A DNA stretch of 64,000 nt from Betaproteobacteria bacterium (lineage in GTDB: Bacteria > Pseudomonadota > Gammaproteobacteria > Burkholderiales > SG8-39), in contig CANKMT010000011.1 of assembly GCA_947482825.1 (NCBI GenBank), positions 5,050 to 69,049 on the forward strand, in the 5' to 3' direction. The first letter of the stretch is position 1. Every line of letters starts with the position of its first letter. Below, one piece after another: positions 36,481-44,269 of the stretch. The notes below the pieces were generated by a model, which was not told the DNA's origin, did no database searches, and worked only from the letters and a program-made list of their open reading frames with translations. The translations under genes were made by a program, and so were the position numbers.

Positions 36481-36635
36481 CCGCTATTGTAGCGCCCACC
36501 CGCCGGGCGGCGAGCAGCGCTTTGAAGTATACCGGTTCTAATATCTAAACTGTCCTAAGAGCCGCTCTGCTGTTAGCTCTACGAAAATAAATGTTCGTAA
36601 ATAAACCCTTCCATCTACGCAAGCGAAGTCGAAGT

Positions 36636-36714
36636 AAATGGTGTCAGAGTCCTATTTCCGCGAAGACCGAGCAACGCTCTCGGACTGCATGGAAATGGGA
36701 CTCTGACACCATTT
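36636..36714. repeat. Palindromic element, family member b (24-bp arms, 31-nt interior)
   Basis: aaatGGTGTCAGAGTCCTATTTCC ... GGAAATGGGACTCTGACACCattt. Its termini are near-identical to element a. Confidence 0.8.
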
Positions 36715-36748
36715 ATTTTCTCCGCCGAGCTGCTCGTAGGGGGGTGGC

Positions 36749-37444
36749 TCAGGCTGGCGCTCCGAACAGCATGCCGACCCCCGCTGTGATCGCCATTGCC
36801 AGCGCGCCCCAGAAAGTGACGCGCAGCGCCGCAGTCGCCACAGGCGCGCCGCCTACTTTCGCCGCGGTGCCGCCGAGGACCGCGAGGAACACCAACGAAG
36901 TTGCCGACACCACACCGATGAGCATGCCGCCGGGCGCCACGCAGGCCGCAAGCAACGGCATCGCAGCGCCCGCGGCGAAGCTTGCGGCCGAAGTCCAGGC
37001 CGCCTGGAGGGGACGCGCGCTGAGGACTTCGGACAGGCCAAGCTCGTCGCGCGCATGGGCCCCCAATGCATCGTGCACCATGAGTTGCTCGGCCACCTGC
37101 CTGGCAAGCGCGGGTTCGAGCCCGCGCTGCTCGTAGATCGCCGTGAGTTCCTTGTGCTCGCCTTCGCTGTCGGTCTCGAGTTCGCGCTTTTCGAGCGTAA
37201 GCGCCGCCTGCTCGGAATCAGCCTGCGAGCGCACCGACACATACTCCCCCGCCGCCATCGACATGGCGCCAGCGACCAGTCCGGCCACGCCCGCCACCAT
37301 GATGTCGCCGTGCGAAGCGTTCGCGGCCGCCACGCCGAGCACGAGGCTCGCAGTGGACACGATGCCGTCGTTGGCACCCAGCACCGCGGCGCGCAGCCAG
37401 CCGATGCTGCCGGTGCGATGCCTTTCCCGGTGGCGCGCGTACAT
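36749..37444 (-). CDS. VIT1/CCC1-family iron/manganese transporter
   Basis: LRAAVLGANDGIVSTASLVLGVAAA and MAAGEYVSVRSQ motifs, with C-terminal TM helices. Confidence 0.88.
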   Translation of the reverse strand: MYARHRERHRTGSIGWLRAAVLGANDGIVSTASLVLGVAAANASHGDIMVAGVAGLVAGAMSMAAGEYVSVRSQADSEQAALTLEKRELETDSEGEHKELTAIYEQRGLEPALARQVAEQLMVHDALGAHARDELGLSEVLSARPLQAAWTSAASFAAGAAMPLLAACVAPGGMLIGVVSATSLVFLAVLGGTAAKVGGAPVATAALRVTFWGALAMAITAGVGMLFGAPA

Positions 37445-37447
37445 CGG

Positions 37448-39958
37448 CTAGCCCTCCCGCAAAGTGAGCGCCGGCGACGCGCTCAGCACCTTGCGGGCCG
37501 AGAGCCACGCATTGAGCGACAGCAGCGCGATGCCCGTCAGCGGCCCGTAGATCCACAGCCCGAAGTTCATCGGAAGGTCCAGCTGGAACACGCGTTGCGC
37601 GAGCAGCGTACTGATCGCAGCCGCAGCGCAAGTGGCGAGCACGCCGGCCACGGCCCCCATGACGAGGAACTCCGCGCGCTGGCTGCCCGAGACCTGCGCG
37701 GCCGAGGCGCCGAACGCACGCATGATCGCCGCCTCGCGACGGCGTTCGTCCTCAGTAGCCACCAGCGCCGAATAGAGCACCAGCAACCCCGCCCCGAGCG
37801 CGAACAGGAACACGAACTGCACCGCGAGGATCACCTGGTCGATGATGCCCTGCGCCTGCCGGAGCGCGGCGCTGACATCCACGACCGTGACGTTCGGGAA
37901 CCGGGCCACCATGCGGTCGAGCAGCGGCTCTGTGCCGGGCTCGAGGCGAAAGGCGGTGATGTAGCTGGTCGGCGCCTTCTCCAGCACCCAGGGCGGAGTG
38001 ACGACGAAGAAATTCACCTTCATCGAATCCCACCGCAACTTGCGCAGCGACGTGATGCGCGCAGTGAAGGGTTCACCGCCCGCGCTGTAGGTCAGCACGT
38101 CCCACATTTTGAGGCCGAGCGTCTTCGCGATGCCTTCTTCGACCGAGGCCTCGGCTTCCTTGCGGCTCTTCGGGTCGAACCAGCGTCCGGCGGAAACCTC
38201 GTTGTGGGTGGGCAGAGCTTCCATGAACGAGAGGTTGAACTCGCGCTCCACCAGGCGCTTGGCCCGTTCGTCCGGGTGGTCCTTTTCGCTCACCGCCTTG
38301 CCGTTGACCGCGGTGAGCCTGCCGCGAACCATCGGGTAGACCTCCGGCAGGGACGCGTTCTCCGCGCGAAAGAAATCCTTGAGCGGCTCGAGCTGCTCGG
38401 GCTGGATGCCGATCACGAAGCGGTTCGACGCGTCTGGCGGCGAAGCCTGCCGCCAAGCGTTGATGAGGTCCGAGCGCGTGATCGTGAGGAGCAGGATGGC
38501 CGACAGCCCGAGCGCGAGGCTCGCCACCTGCAGCGCGTTCGAGCGCGAATGGCGGCGCAGGTTCGCGAGACCGTAGCGCACGGCCGCATTGCGCGCCCCG
38601 AAAAACCGCATCGATGCCGAGGAACTGGCCGCCCGGAGCAGGCCCCAGGCCAGGCCGATGAAGAGCACCACTGCGGCGCTGAATCCGCCGACGACCGTCA
38701 TCCCGAGCTTGAGGTCGCCCGCCTGCCAGAGTAGCAACGCCACCAGCGTGCCGAACCCAAGCACATAGGCGACCACTGCGCTGCCCTTGGTCGCGCCCGA
38801 CTCCCGGCGGATCACACGGACCGCAGGCACGTCCTTTAGCTGCAACAGAGGCGGGAGCGCGAACCCCAGCAACAGCGTGAGTCCTACAAGAGCCCCCTGC
38901 ACAGCGGGAACCACGGTGGGCTGCGGCAGTTCGGCCTGGATGATGCTCGCCAACCAGTGGGCGATGAGTTCCTGTGCGGCGAAACCCGCTGCGCAACCCA
39001 CCGCGCAGGCGGCGACCCCCAGCACGAGGAACTCGGCGCCGTAGAGCGAAAGGATCTTGCCCTGGGTGGCGCCCATGCAGCGCATGACCGCGCAGCCGTC
39101 GAGGTGCCGCTCCACGAAGCGGCGCGTGGCGAGCGCTATGGCGACCCCTGCAAGGATGGCGGCCAGCAGCGCAGTCAGCCCGAGGAAACTCTGCGCCCGG
39201 TCGAGCGACGCGCGGATCTCGGGCCTCGCGTTTTCGAGGTTTTCGATGCGCTGGCCGCGTTCCAGGCGCGGGCGCGCCCAGGCCTCGTAGGCATCGACTT
39301 CCTTGCGCTCGCCGGCCGCGAGCAGCTGGTAGGTGACGCGGCTCCCCGTCTGGATCAGGCCGGTGGCCGCCACGTCGGCGGCGTTCATCATCAGTCGTGG
39401 CGCGATGTTGAAGAAGTTCGCGCCTCGATCGGGTTCGAGCGTAAGCACCGCGGCCACCGTGAGTTCCGCATTGCCCAGGCGCACCTTGTCCCCGGGATTC
39501 ACCGCCAGCGCGGACGTCAGGCGCTCGTCGAGCCACGCCGTGCCAGGCTGCGGCCCGCCCGCGACAGCGGCATCGGGCGCATTCAGGCGCGGCGCGACGC
39601 GCAGCTTGCCGCGCAAGGGGTAGGCGCCGCTCACGGCCTTGACGCCGGCGAGCAGGCTTTTCGCGCCGTCCCCGCTTCCGGACTGCGCCATGCTGATGAA
39701 ATTCGTGCTCTGCGCCACCGCCAGGCCACGGCGCGCGATCTCCGCGGACATCGCCTCCTTCCACGGCTGGTCGCCCAGCAGCAGCAGGTCGCCGCCGAGC
39801 AGCTGGTGCGCCTCGCGGCCGAGGCCCTGGCGCACGCGATCGGCGAAGAACGAGACGCTGGTTACGCTTCCCACGGCGATCACCAGCGCGAGCGCGAGCA
39901 CGCGAAGTTCGCCTGCGCGCCAGTCGCGCGCGAGCATTCGCATGGCCAGACCCGTCAT
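37448..39958 (-). CDS. FtsX-like ABC transporter permease (YbbP-like, duplicated FtsX domains)
   Basis: 836 aa, 10-TM-type architecture. 4-nt overlap with the upstream ATPase gene. Conserved tesA/ybbA/ybbP synteny. Confidence 0.85.
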   Translation of the reverse strand: MTGLAMRMLARDWRAGELRVLALALVIAVGSVTSVSFFADRVRQGLGREAHQLLGGDLLLLGDQPWKEAMSAEIARRGLAVAQSTNFISMAQSGSGDGAKSLLAGVKAVSGAYPLRGKLRVAPRLNAPDAAVAGGPQPGTAWLDERLTSALAVNPGDKVRLGNAELTVAAVLTLEPDRGANFFNIAPRLMMNAADVAATGLIQTGSRVTYQLLAAGERKEVDAYEAWARPRLERGQRIENLENARPEIRASLDRAQSFLGLTALLAAILAGVAIALATRRFVERHLDGCAVMRCMGATQGKILSLYGAEFLVLGVAACAVGCAAGFAAQELIAHWLASIIQAELPQPTVVPAVQGALVGLTLLLGFALPPLLQLKDVPAVRVIRRESGATKGSAVVAYVLGFGTLVALLLWQAGDLKLGMTVVGGFSAAVVLFIGLAWGLLRAASSSASMRFFGARNAAVRYGLANLRRHSRSNALQVASLALGLSAILLLTITRSDLINAWRQASPPDASNRFVIGIQPEQLEPLKDFFRAENASLPEVYPMVRGRLTAVNGKAVSEKDHPDERAKRLVEREFNLSFMEALPTHNEVSAGRWFDPKSRKEAEASVEEGIAKTLGLKMWDVLTYSAGGEPFTARITSLRKLRWDSMKVNFFVVTPPWVLEKAPTSYITAFRLEPGTEPLLDRMVARFPNVTVVDVSAALRQAQGIIDQVILAVQFVFLFALGAGLLVLYSALVATEDERRREAAIMRAFGASAAQVSGSQRAEFLVMGAVAGVLATCAAAAISTLLAQRVFQLDLPMNFGLWIYGPLTGIALLSLNAWLSARKVLSASPALTLREG

Positions 39959-40659
39959 GGGACGATCTTGCCGCCCGCGAGGCGCACAATGCGACCGCAG
40001 CGCTGAGCGAGCTGCTCGTCGTGCGTGACCATTACCAGCGTCGTGCCGGCCTGCGCGTTGAGCTCGAACATGAGCTTGATCACCGCCTCGCCCGCCGCGG
40101 CATCGAGACTGCCGGTGGGCTCGTCGGCCATCAGCAGCTTGGGCTGCACGACGAAGGCGCGCGCGAGGGCCACGCGCTGCTGCTCGCCGCCGGAAAGGTG
40201 CTTGGGATAATGCCCGAGGCGCTCGCCCAGCCCTACCCGCTCGAGCATTGCGGCAGCCGCCGCGCGCGCATCGGGCCGCCCGGCAAGCTCGAGCGGCAGC
40301 ATCACGTTCTCCAATGCGCTGAGCGCCGGCAGCAGCTGGAAGGACTGGAACACGAACCCGACCGCGCGGCCGCGCAACTGCGCGCGCGCGTCCTCGTCGA
40401 GCGCGAAGACGTCTTCGTTGTCGAGCTGAACCGAACCCACGGTCGGCGTGTCCAAGCCTGCGAGGATTGCTAGCAGGGTGGATTTCCCCGAGCCCGAGGC
40501 GCCGACGATTGCGACCGCCTCGCCGGATGTGACCGAAAGGTCGATTTCTTGCAGAATGACGAGGTCGTTGATGCCGCTTTTGACCGTCTTCCCGATACCC
40601 TGAGCCGAAAGGAGCGCTGCCTGCGCCGTCATGTCACTCACGTTTGCACGACTGTTCAT
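39955..40659 (-). CDS. ABC transporter ATP-binding protein (YbbA/LolD-like)
   Basis: Walker A GASGSGKST, LSGGEQQR, LLMADEPTG. Confidence 0.9.
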   Translation of the reverse strand: MNSRANVSDMTAQAALLSAQGIGKTVKSGINDLVILQEIDLSVTSGEAVAIVGASGSGKSTLLAILAGLDTPTVGSVQLDNEDVFALDEDARAQLRGRAVGFVFQSFQLLPALSALENVMLPLELAGRPDARAAAAAMLERVGLGERLGHYPKHLSGGEQQRVALARAFVVQPKLLMADEPTGSLDAAAGEAVIKLMFELNAQAGTTLVMVTHDEQLAQRCGRIVRLAGGKIVP

Positions 40660-41278
40660 GGCGATCTTTGCGGTCCTGGTGGTTGCACTCGCGCCGGGTG
40701 TCTCGGCCGTTGCCGCTACTGCGGCGCGATCTGGAACGATCCTCGTCTATGGCGACAGCCTCTCGGCGGCGTACGGCATTTCCCAGGACCAGGGGTGGGT
40801 GAGGTTGCTAGAGGCTCGCCTGAAGAGCGAGAAGCGCAATTATAGCGTCGCGAACGCGAGCATCAGCGGCGAAACCACGAGCGGCGGTCTGTCGCGCATG
40901 AAGCAAGTGCTGGAAAGGCACAAGCCGGCGATCACGGTGATCGAGCTCGGCGCCAACGACGGCCTGCGCGGGCTTTCAGTGGGCGAGATGCGCAAGAACC
41001 TGGAGGCCATGATCGCGCAGGCGCGCGCGGCAGGCTCGCGGGTGGTCCTCGTGGGCCTCAAGCTGCCGCCCAACTATGGTGCGGACTACAACCGGGCGTT
41101 TGAAGCAGCGTTCACCGACCTCGCCAAGGTACACAAGACGGGCCTGGTGCCCTTCCTCTTCGAGGGCTTTGCCGAAAAGCGCGAGTACTACCTGCCCGAC
41201 AACATCCACCCCACGGCAGCGGCCCAGCCTATCCTGCTCGAGAATGTCTGGAAGGCGCTGAAGCCGATGCTGAAGTAG
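40631..41278 (+). CDS. tesA: SGNH arylesterase / acyl-CoA thioesterase I (TesA-like)
   Basis: Signal peptide, GDSLSAAYG block I, GANDGLRG block, DNIHP block V. Divergent from the ybbA-like gene. Alternative start ATG 40658. Confidence 0.8.
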   Translation: MSLTFARLFMAIFAVLVVALAPGVSAVAATAARSGTILVYGDSLSAAYGISQDQGWVRLLEARLKSEKRNYSVANASISGETTSGGLSRMKQVLERHKPAITVIELGANDGLRGLSVGEMRKNLEAMIAQARAAGSRVVLVGLKLPPNYGADYNRAFEAAFTDLAKVHKTGLVPFLFEGFAEKREYYLPDNIHPTAAAQPILLENVWKALKPMLK

Positions 41279-41360
41279 AACGAACGGAAAAGAGCAGCGA
41301 CTGGCGCCGCGACGCACCGTGCTGGAGCGAGGGTAAAATCGGCCCGCACCCGCCAATCCA

Positions 41361-42437
41361 GTGAAACCCGCACCCAAACCCCTCGTCGCGATATCGGCCG
41401 AAGCGCTCGCCGCCTTCGACGCGATCATCGACGTGCGCTCGCCCGCCGAATACGCAGAGGACCATGTGCCGGGCGCAATCTCGGCGCCAGTGCTCGACAA
41501 CGAGGAGCGTGCCCGGGTCGGCACGTTGTACAAGCAGGTCTCGCCTTTCGACGCGAAGAAGCTCGGCGCGGCGCTGGTGTCGAAGAATATCGCGCGCCAT
41601 ATCGAAACCGTTTTCGCCCCGATGCCGCGGCAATGGAAGCCGCTCGTTTATTGCTGGCGCGGAGGCAAGCGCTCGGGCGCGATGGCCCACGTGCTGCGCG
41701 AGATTGGCTGGGACGCGTGGAGCATCGAAGGCGGCTACAAGGCCTACCGCCGGTTCCTGATCGACGCGCTGGCCACCCTGCCCGGCCACTACACCTACCG
41801 CGTGATCCACGGCACGACCGGCAGCGGCAAGAGCCGCCTGCTTCGCGCCCTCAACGCCGCGGGCGCGCAGGTGCTCGACCTCGAAGACCTCGCGGCGCAC
41901 CGCGGCTCGGTCCTAGGCAATTTTCCCGACCGGTCGCAGCCGGCGCAGAAGATGTTCGAGACGCTGGTGTGGGACACGCTGCGCCGATTCGATGCGGGAA
42001 AGCCGGTGTTCGTCGAGGGCGAGTCGAAAAAGATCGGCCAGCTCCAGGTGCCCGAGGCGCTCATGTTCGCGATGCGCGCAAGCGAGTGCGTGGTGCTCGA
42101 AGCGAGCCGCGAGACTCGCATCGCGTTGTTGTCCGACGAGTACCAGCACTTCTTTGCCGCGCCTGCGGGCCTCTACGCTCAGCTCGATTGCCTGCATGGG
42201 CTGTACGGCACGAAAGTGATCGACGACTGGAAATCGCTGGCGGGGCGAGGCCAATGGGACGAGTTGGTAGGCGCCCTGCTCGACGAACACTACGACCCGG
42301 CCTATCGCCGCTCTGCGCTGCGCAATTTTTCTCGGATGCCAAAAGCCGGAACGCTCAGGCTCGATTCACCCTCGGACGAAGCCTTTGCTTCGCTGGCGCG
42401 CAGCTTGCTCGACGCGAGGCAACTCGAAGCAGCCTGA
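41361..42437 (+). CDS. selU: tRNA 2-selenouridine synthase SelU (MnmH/YbbB)
   Basis: Rhodanese domain with active-site YCWRGGKRSG, then P-loop GTTGSGKS. 358 aa, GTG start. Confidence 0.88.
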   Translation: MKPAPKPLVAISAEALAAFDAIIDVRSPAEYAEDHVPGAISAPVLDNEERARVGTLYKQVSPFDAKKLGAALVSKNIARHIETVFAPMPRQWKPLVYCWRGGKRSGAMAHVLREIGWDAWSIEGGYKAYRRFLIDALATLPGHYTYRVIHGTTGSGKSRLLRALNAAGAQVLDLEDLAAHRGSVLGNFPDRSQPAQKMFETLVWDTLRRFDAGKPVFVEGESKKIGQLQVPEALMFAMRASECVVLEASRETRIALLSDEYQHFFAAPAGLYAQLDCLHGLYGTKVIDDWKSLAGRGQWDELVGALLDEHYDPAYRRSALRNFSRMPKAGTLRLDSPSDEAFASLARSLLDARQLEAA

Positions 42438-42471
42438 AGGGAATGGCGCACACGAAGAAGGACTTGAAACA

Positions 42472-43200
42472 ATGACCGACAAGAAAGCAGTGCTGGTGGT
42501 GGGCGCAGGGGATGCAACCGGTGGCGCCATTGCGCGCCGTTTCGCGCGCGAGGGCTACATCGCCTGCGTGACACGCCGCACCGCGGACAAGCTCGCACCG
42601 CTGGTGGCGCAGATCGAGGCCGCCGGTGGCAAGGCCGTGCCTTTCGGCTCGGACGCACGCAAGGAAGAAGAGGTCATCAAGCTCGTCGCCCAGATCGAAA
42701 AGGAGATCGCGCCGATCGAAGTGGCCGTGTTCAACGTCGGCGGCAACGTGCGCTTCGGCATCACCGAGACCACGACACGCGTCTACACCAAGGTCTGGGA
42801 AATGGCAGCGCTGGCCGGCTTCCTGATGGGCCGCGAGGTCGCCAAGGTCATGTTGCCGCGCGAGCGCGGCTCGATCTTCTTCACCGGCGCGACGGCCAGC
42901 CTGCGCGGGCGCGACGGGTTTGCCGCGTTCGCGGGCGCCAAGCATGCGTTGCGGGCCCTCGCCCAGAGCATGGCGCGCGAGCTCGGACCCAAGGGCATCC
43001 ACGTGGCCCACCTCGTGATCGACGGCGCGATCGACACGGCCTTCATCCGCGAGACGTTCCCCGAACGTTACAAGCTGAAGGAACGCGAAGGCATCCTCGA
43101 CCCGGACTCGATCGCAGAAGCGTATTGGCAGCTTCACGTGCAGAAAAGGAACGCCTGGACGCACGAGCTGGACCTGCGGCCCTGGCTGGAGGCGTGGTGA
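42472..43200 (+). CDS. SDR-family oxidoreductase
   Basis: VVGAGDATGGAIARRF Rossmann motif, NVGG, catalytic region GAKHALRAL. 242 aa. Confidence 0.8.
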   Translation: MTDKKAVLVVGAGDATGGAIARRFAREGYIACVTRRTADKLAPLVAQIEAAGGKAVPFGSDARKEEEVIKLVAQIEKEIAPIEVAVFNVGGNVRFGITETTTRVYTKVWEMAALAGFLMGREVAKVMLPRERGSIFFTGATASLRGRDGFAAFAGAKHALRALAQSMARELGPKGIHVAHLVIDGAIDTAFIRETFPERYKLKEREGILDPDSIAEAYWQLHVQKRNAWTHELDLRPWLEAW

Positions 43201-44180
43201 TGGCAAACGCAAAGACGGTTGAGTTCTGGTTCGATTTCGGCAGCCCGGCGAGCTACCTCGCGTGGTTCCAGCTGCCCAAGGTCGCCGCATCGCGCGGCGC
43301 CTCGATCGACTGGCGGCCGATGCTGCTCGGCGGCGTATTCCAGGCCACCAGCAACCGCAGCCCGGTCGAGATCCCCGCCAAGGGCCGCTGGATGCTTGGC
43401 GACCTGCCGCGCTGGGCCGCGCGCTACGGCGCGCCCTACAAACGCAATCCCCACTTCCCGATCAACACGCTTACCCTCATGCGCGGCGCGGTCGGCCTGC
43501 AACTGAGGAACGACCCGCGCTTCCTGAAATACGTCGGGACGATCTTTCGGGCGATGTGGGAAGAGGAACGCAACATGGGCGACCCGGCCGTCGTGGGGGC
43601 GACGCTCGCCGGCGCCGGGTTCGATCCCGCCGAATTCATGGCGCTGGTCGGTGACCCCGCGGTCAAGGATCGGCTGAAGGCCGTCACGCAGGAAGCCGTC
43701 GAGCGCGGGGTTTTCGGCGCACCGGCAATGTTCATCGACGGGCAGATGCATTTCGGGCAGGACCGGATCGAATTCGTGGCCGACCGGATGGCGGCGAATG
43801 CGGACGAGGCCACTGCGGCCTGCATGGACACGCTCGACCGCTTCATGGCGGGGCTCAATGCCTACGATGCGGCGGCGATGGACGCAGCGATGCATTTCCC
43901 GCACGTTCGGATTGCGGGCGGCACCGTCAAGGTCTACGAGAAGCCGGGGTCGAACCCGATGGACCTCTTCGACAAGCTCAGGAAGGAAGACAACTGGGCG
44001 CGCAGCGAATGGAACGAGCGCAAGGTCGTCCAGAGAAGCGAGTCCAAGGTCCACATGGCGCTCACCTACACGCGCTATCGCGCCGAAGGCAGCGTGCTCG
44101 GGGTGTACGAATCGCTCTGCGTGCTCACGCTGAAAGCTGGCCGCTGGGGCATCCAGGCGCGTTCCAGCTTCGGGCCGTGA
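43200..44180 (+). CDS. 2-hydroxychromene-2-carboxylate isomerase-like DsbA-fold protein fused to an NTF2/SnoaL-like C-terminal domain
   Basis: VEFWFDFGSPASYLAW...VFGAPAMFIDGQMHFGQDRIEF is the HCCA-isomerase family. An extra ~125-aa C-terminal domain follows. TGATG overlap with the SDR stop. Confidence 0.7.
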   Translation: MANAKTVEFWFDFGSPASYLAWFQLPKVAASRGASIDWRPMLLGGVFQATSNRSPVEIPAKGRWMLGDLPRWAARYGAPYKRNPHFPINTLTLMRGAVGLQLRNDPRFLKYVGTIFRAMWEEERNMGDPAVVGATLAGAGFDPAEFMALVGDPAVKDRLKAVTQEAVERGVFGAPAMFIDGQMHFGQDRIEFVADRMAANADEATAACMDTLDRFMAGLNAYDAAAMDAAMHFPHVRIAGGTVKVYEKPGSNPMDLFDKLRKEDNWARSEWNERKVVQRSESKVHMALTYTRYRAEGSVLGVYESLCVLTLKAGRWGIQARSSFGP

Positions 44181-44269
44181 ACGCATGGCCCTGAAAATCT
44201 TTATCTTTACTTTTCGTAGACCTAATATTTAAGTGGATCTCAGGTCAGTTGTTTTTCCTGATCTGGAAA

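Noticed and set aside
40631-40659. 29-bp head-to-head overlap of the tesA-like and ybbA-like ORFs
   Set aside because: Most likely a start-codon choice artefact; alternative starts (ATG 40658 for the tesA-like gene) remove it. This divergent arrangement is the normal tesA/ybbA synteny.
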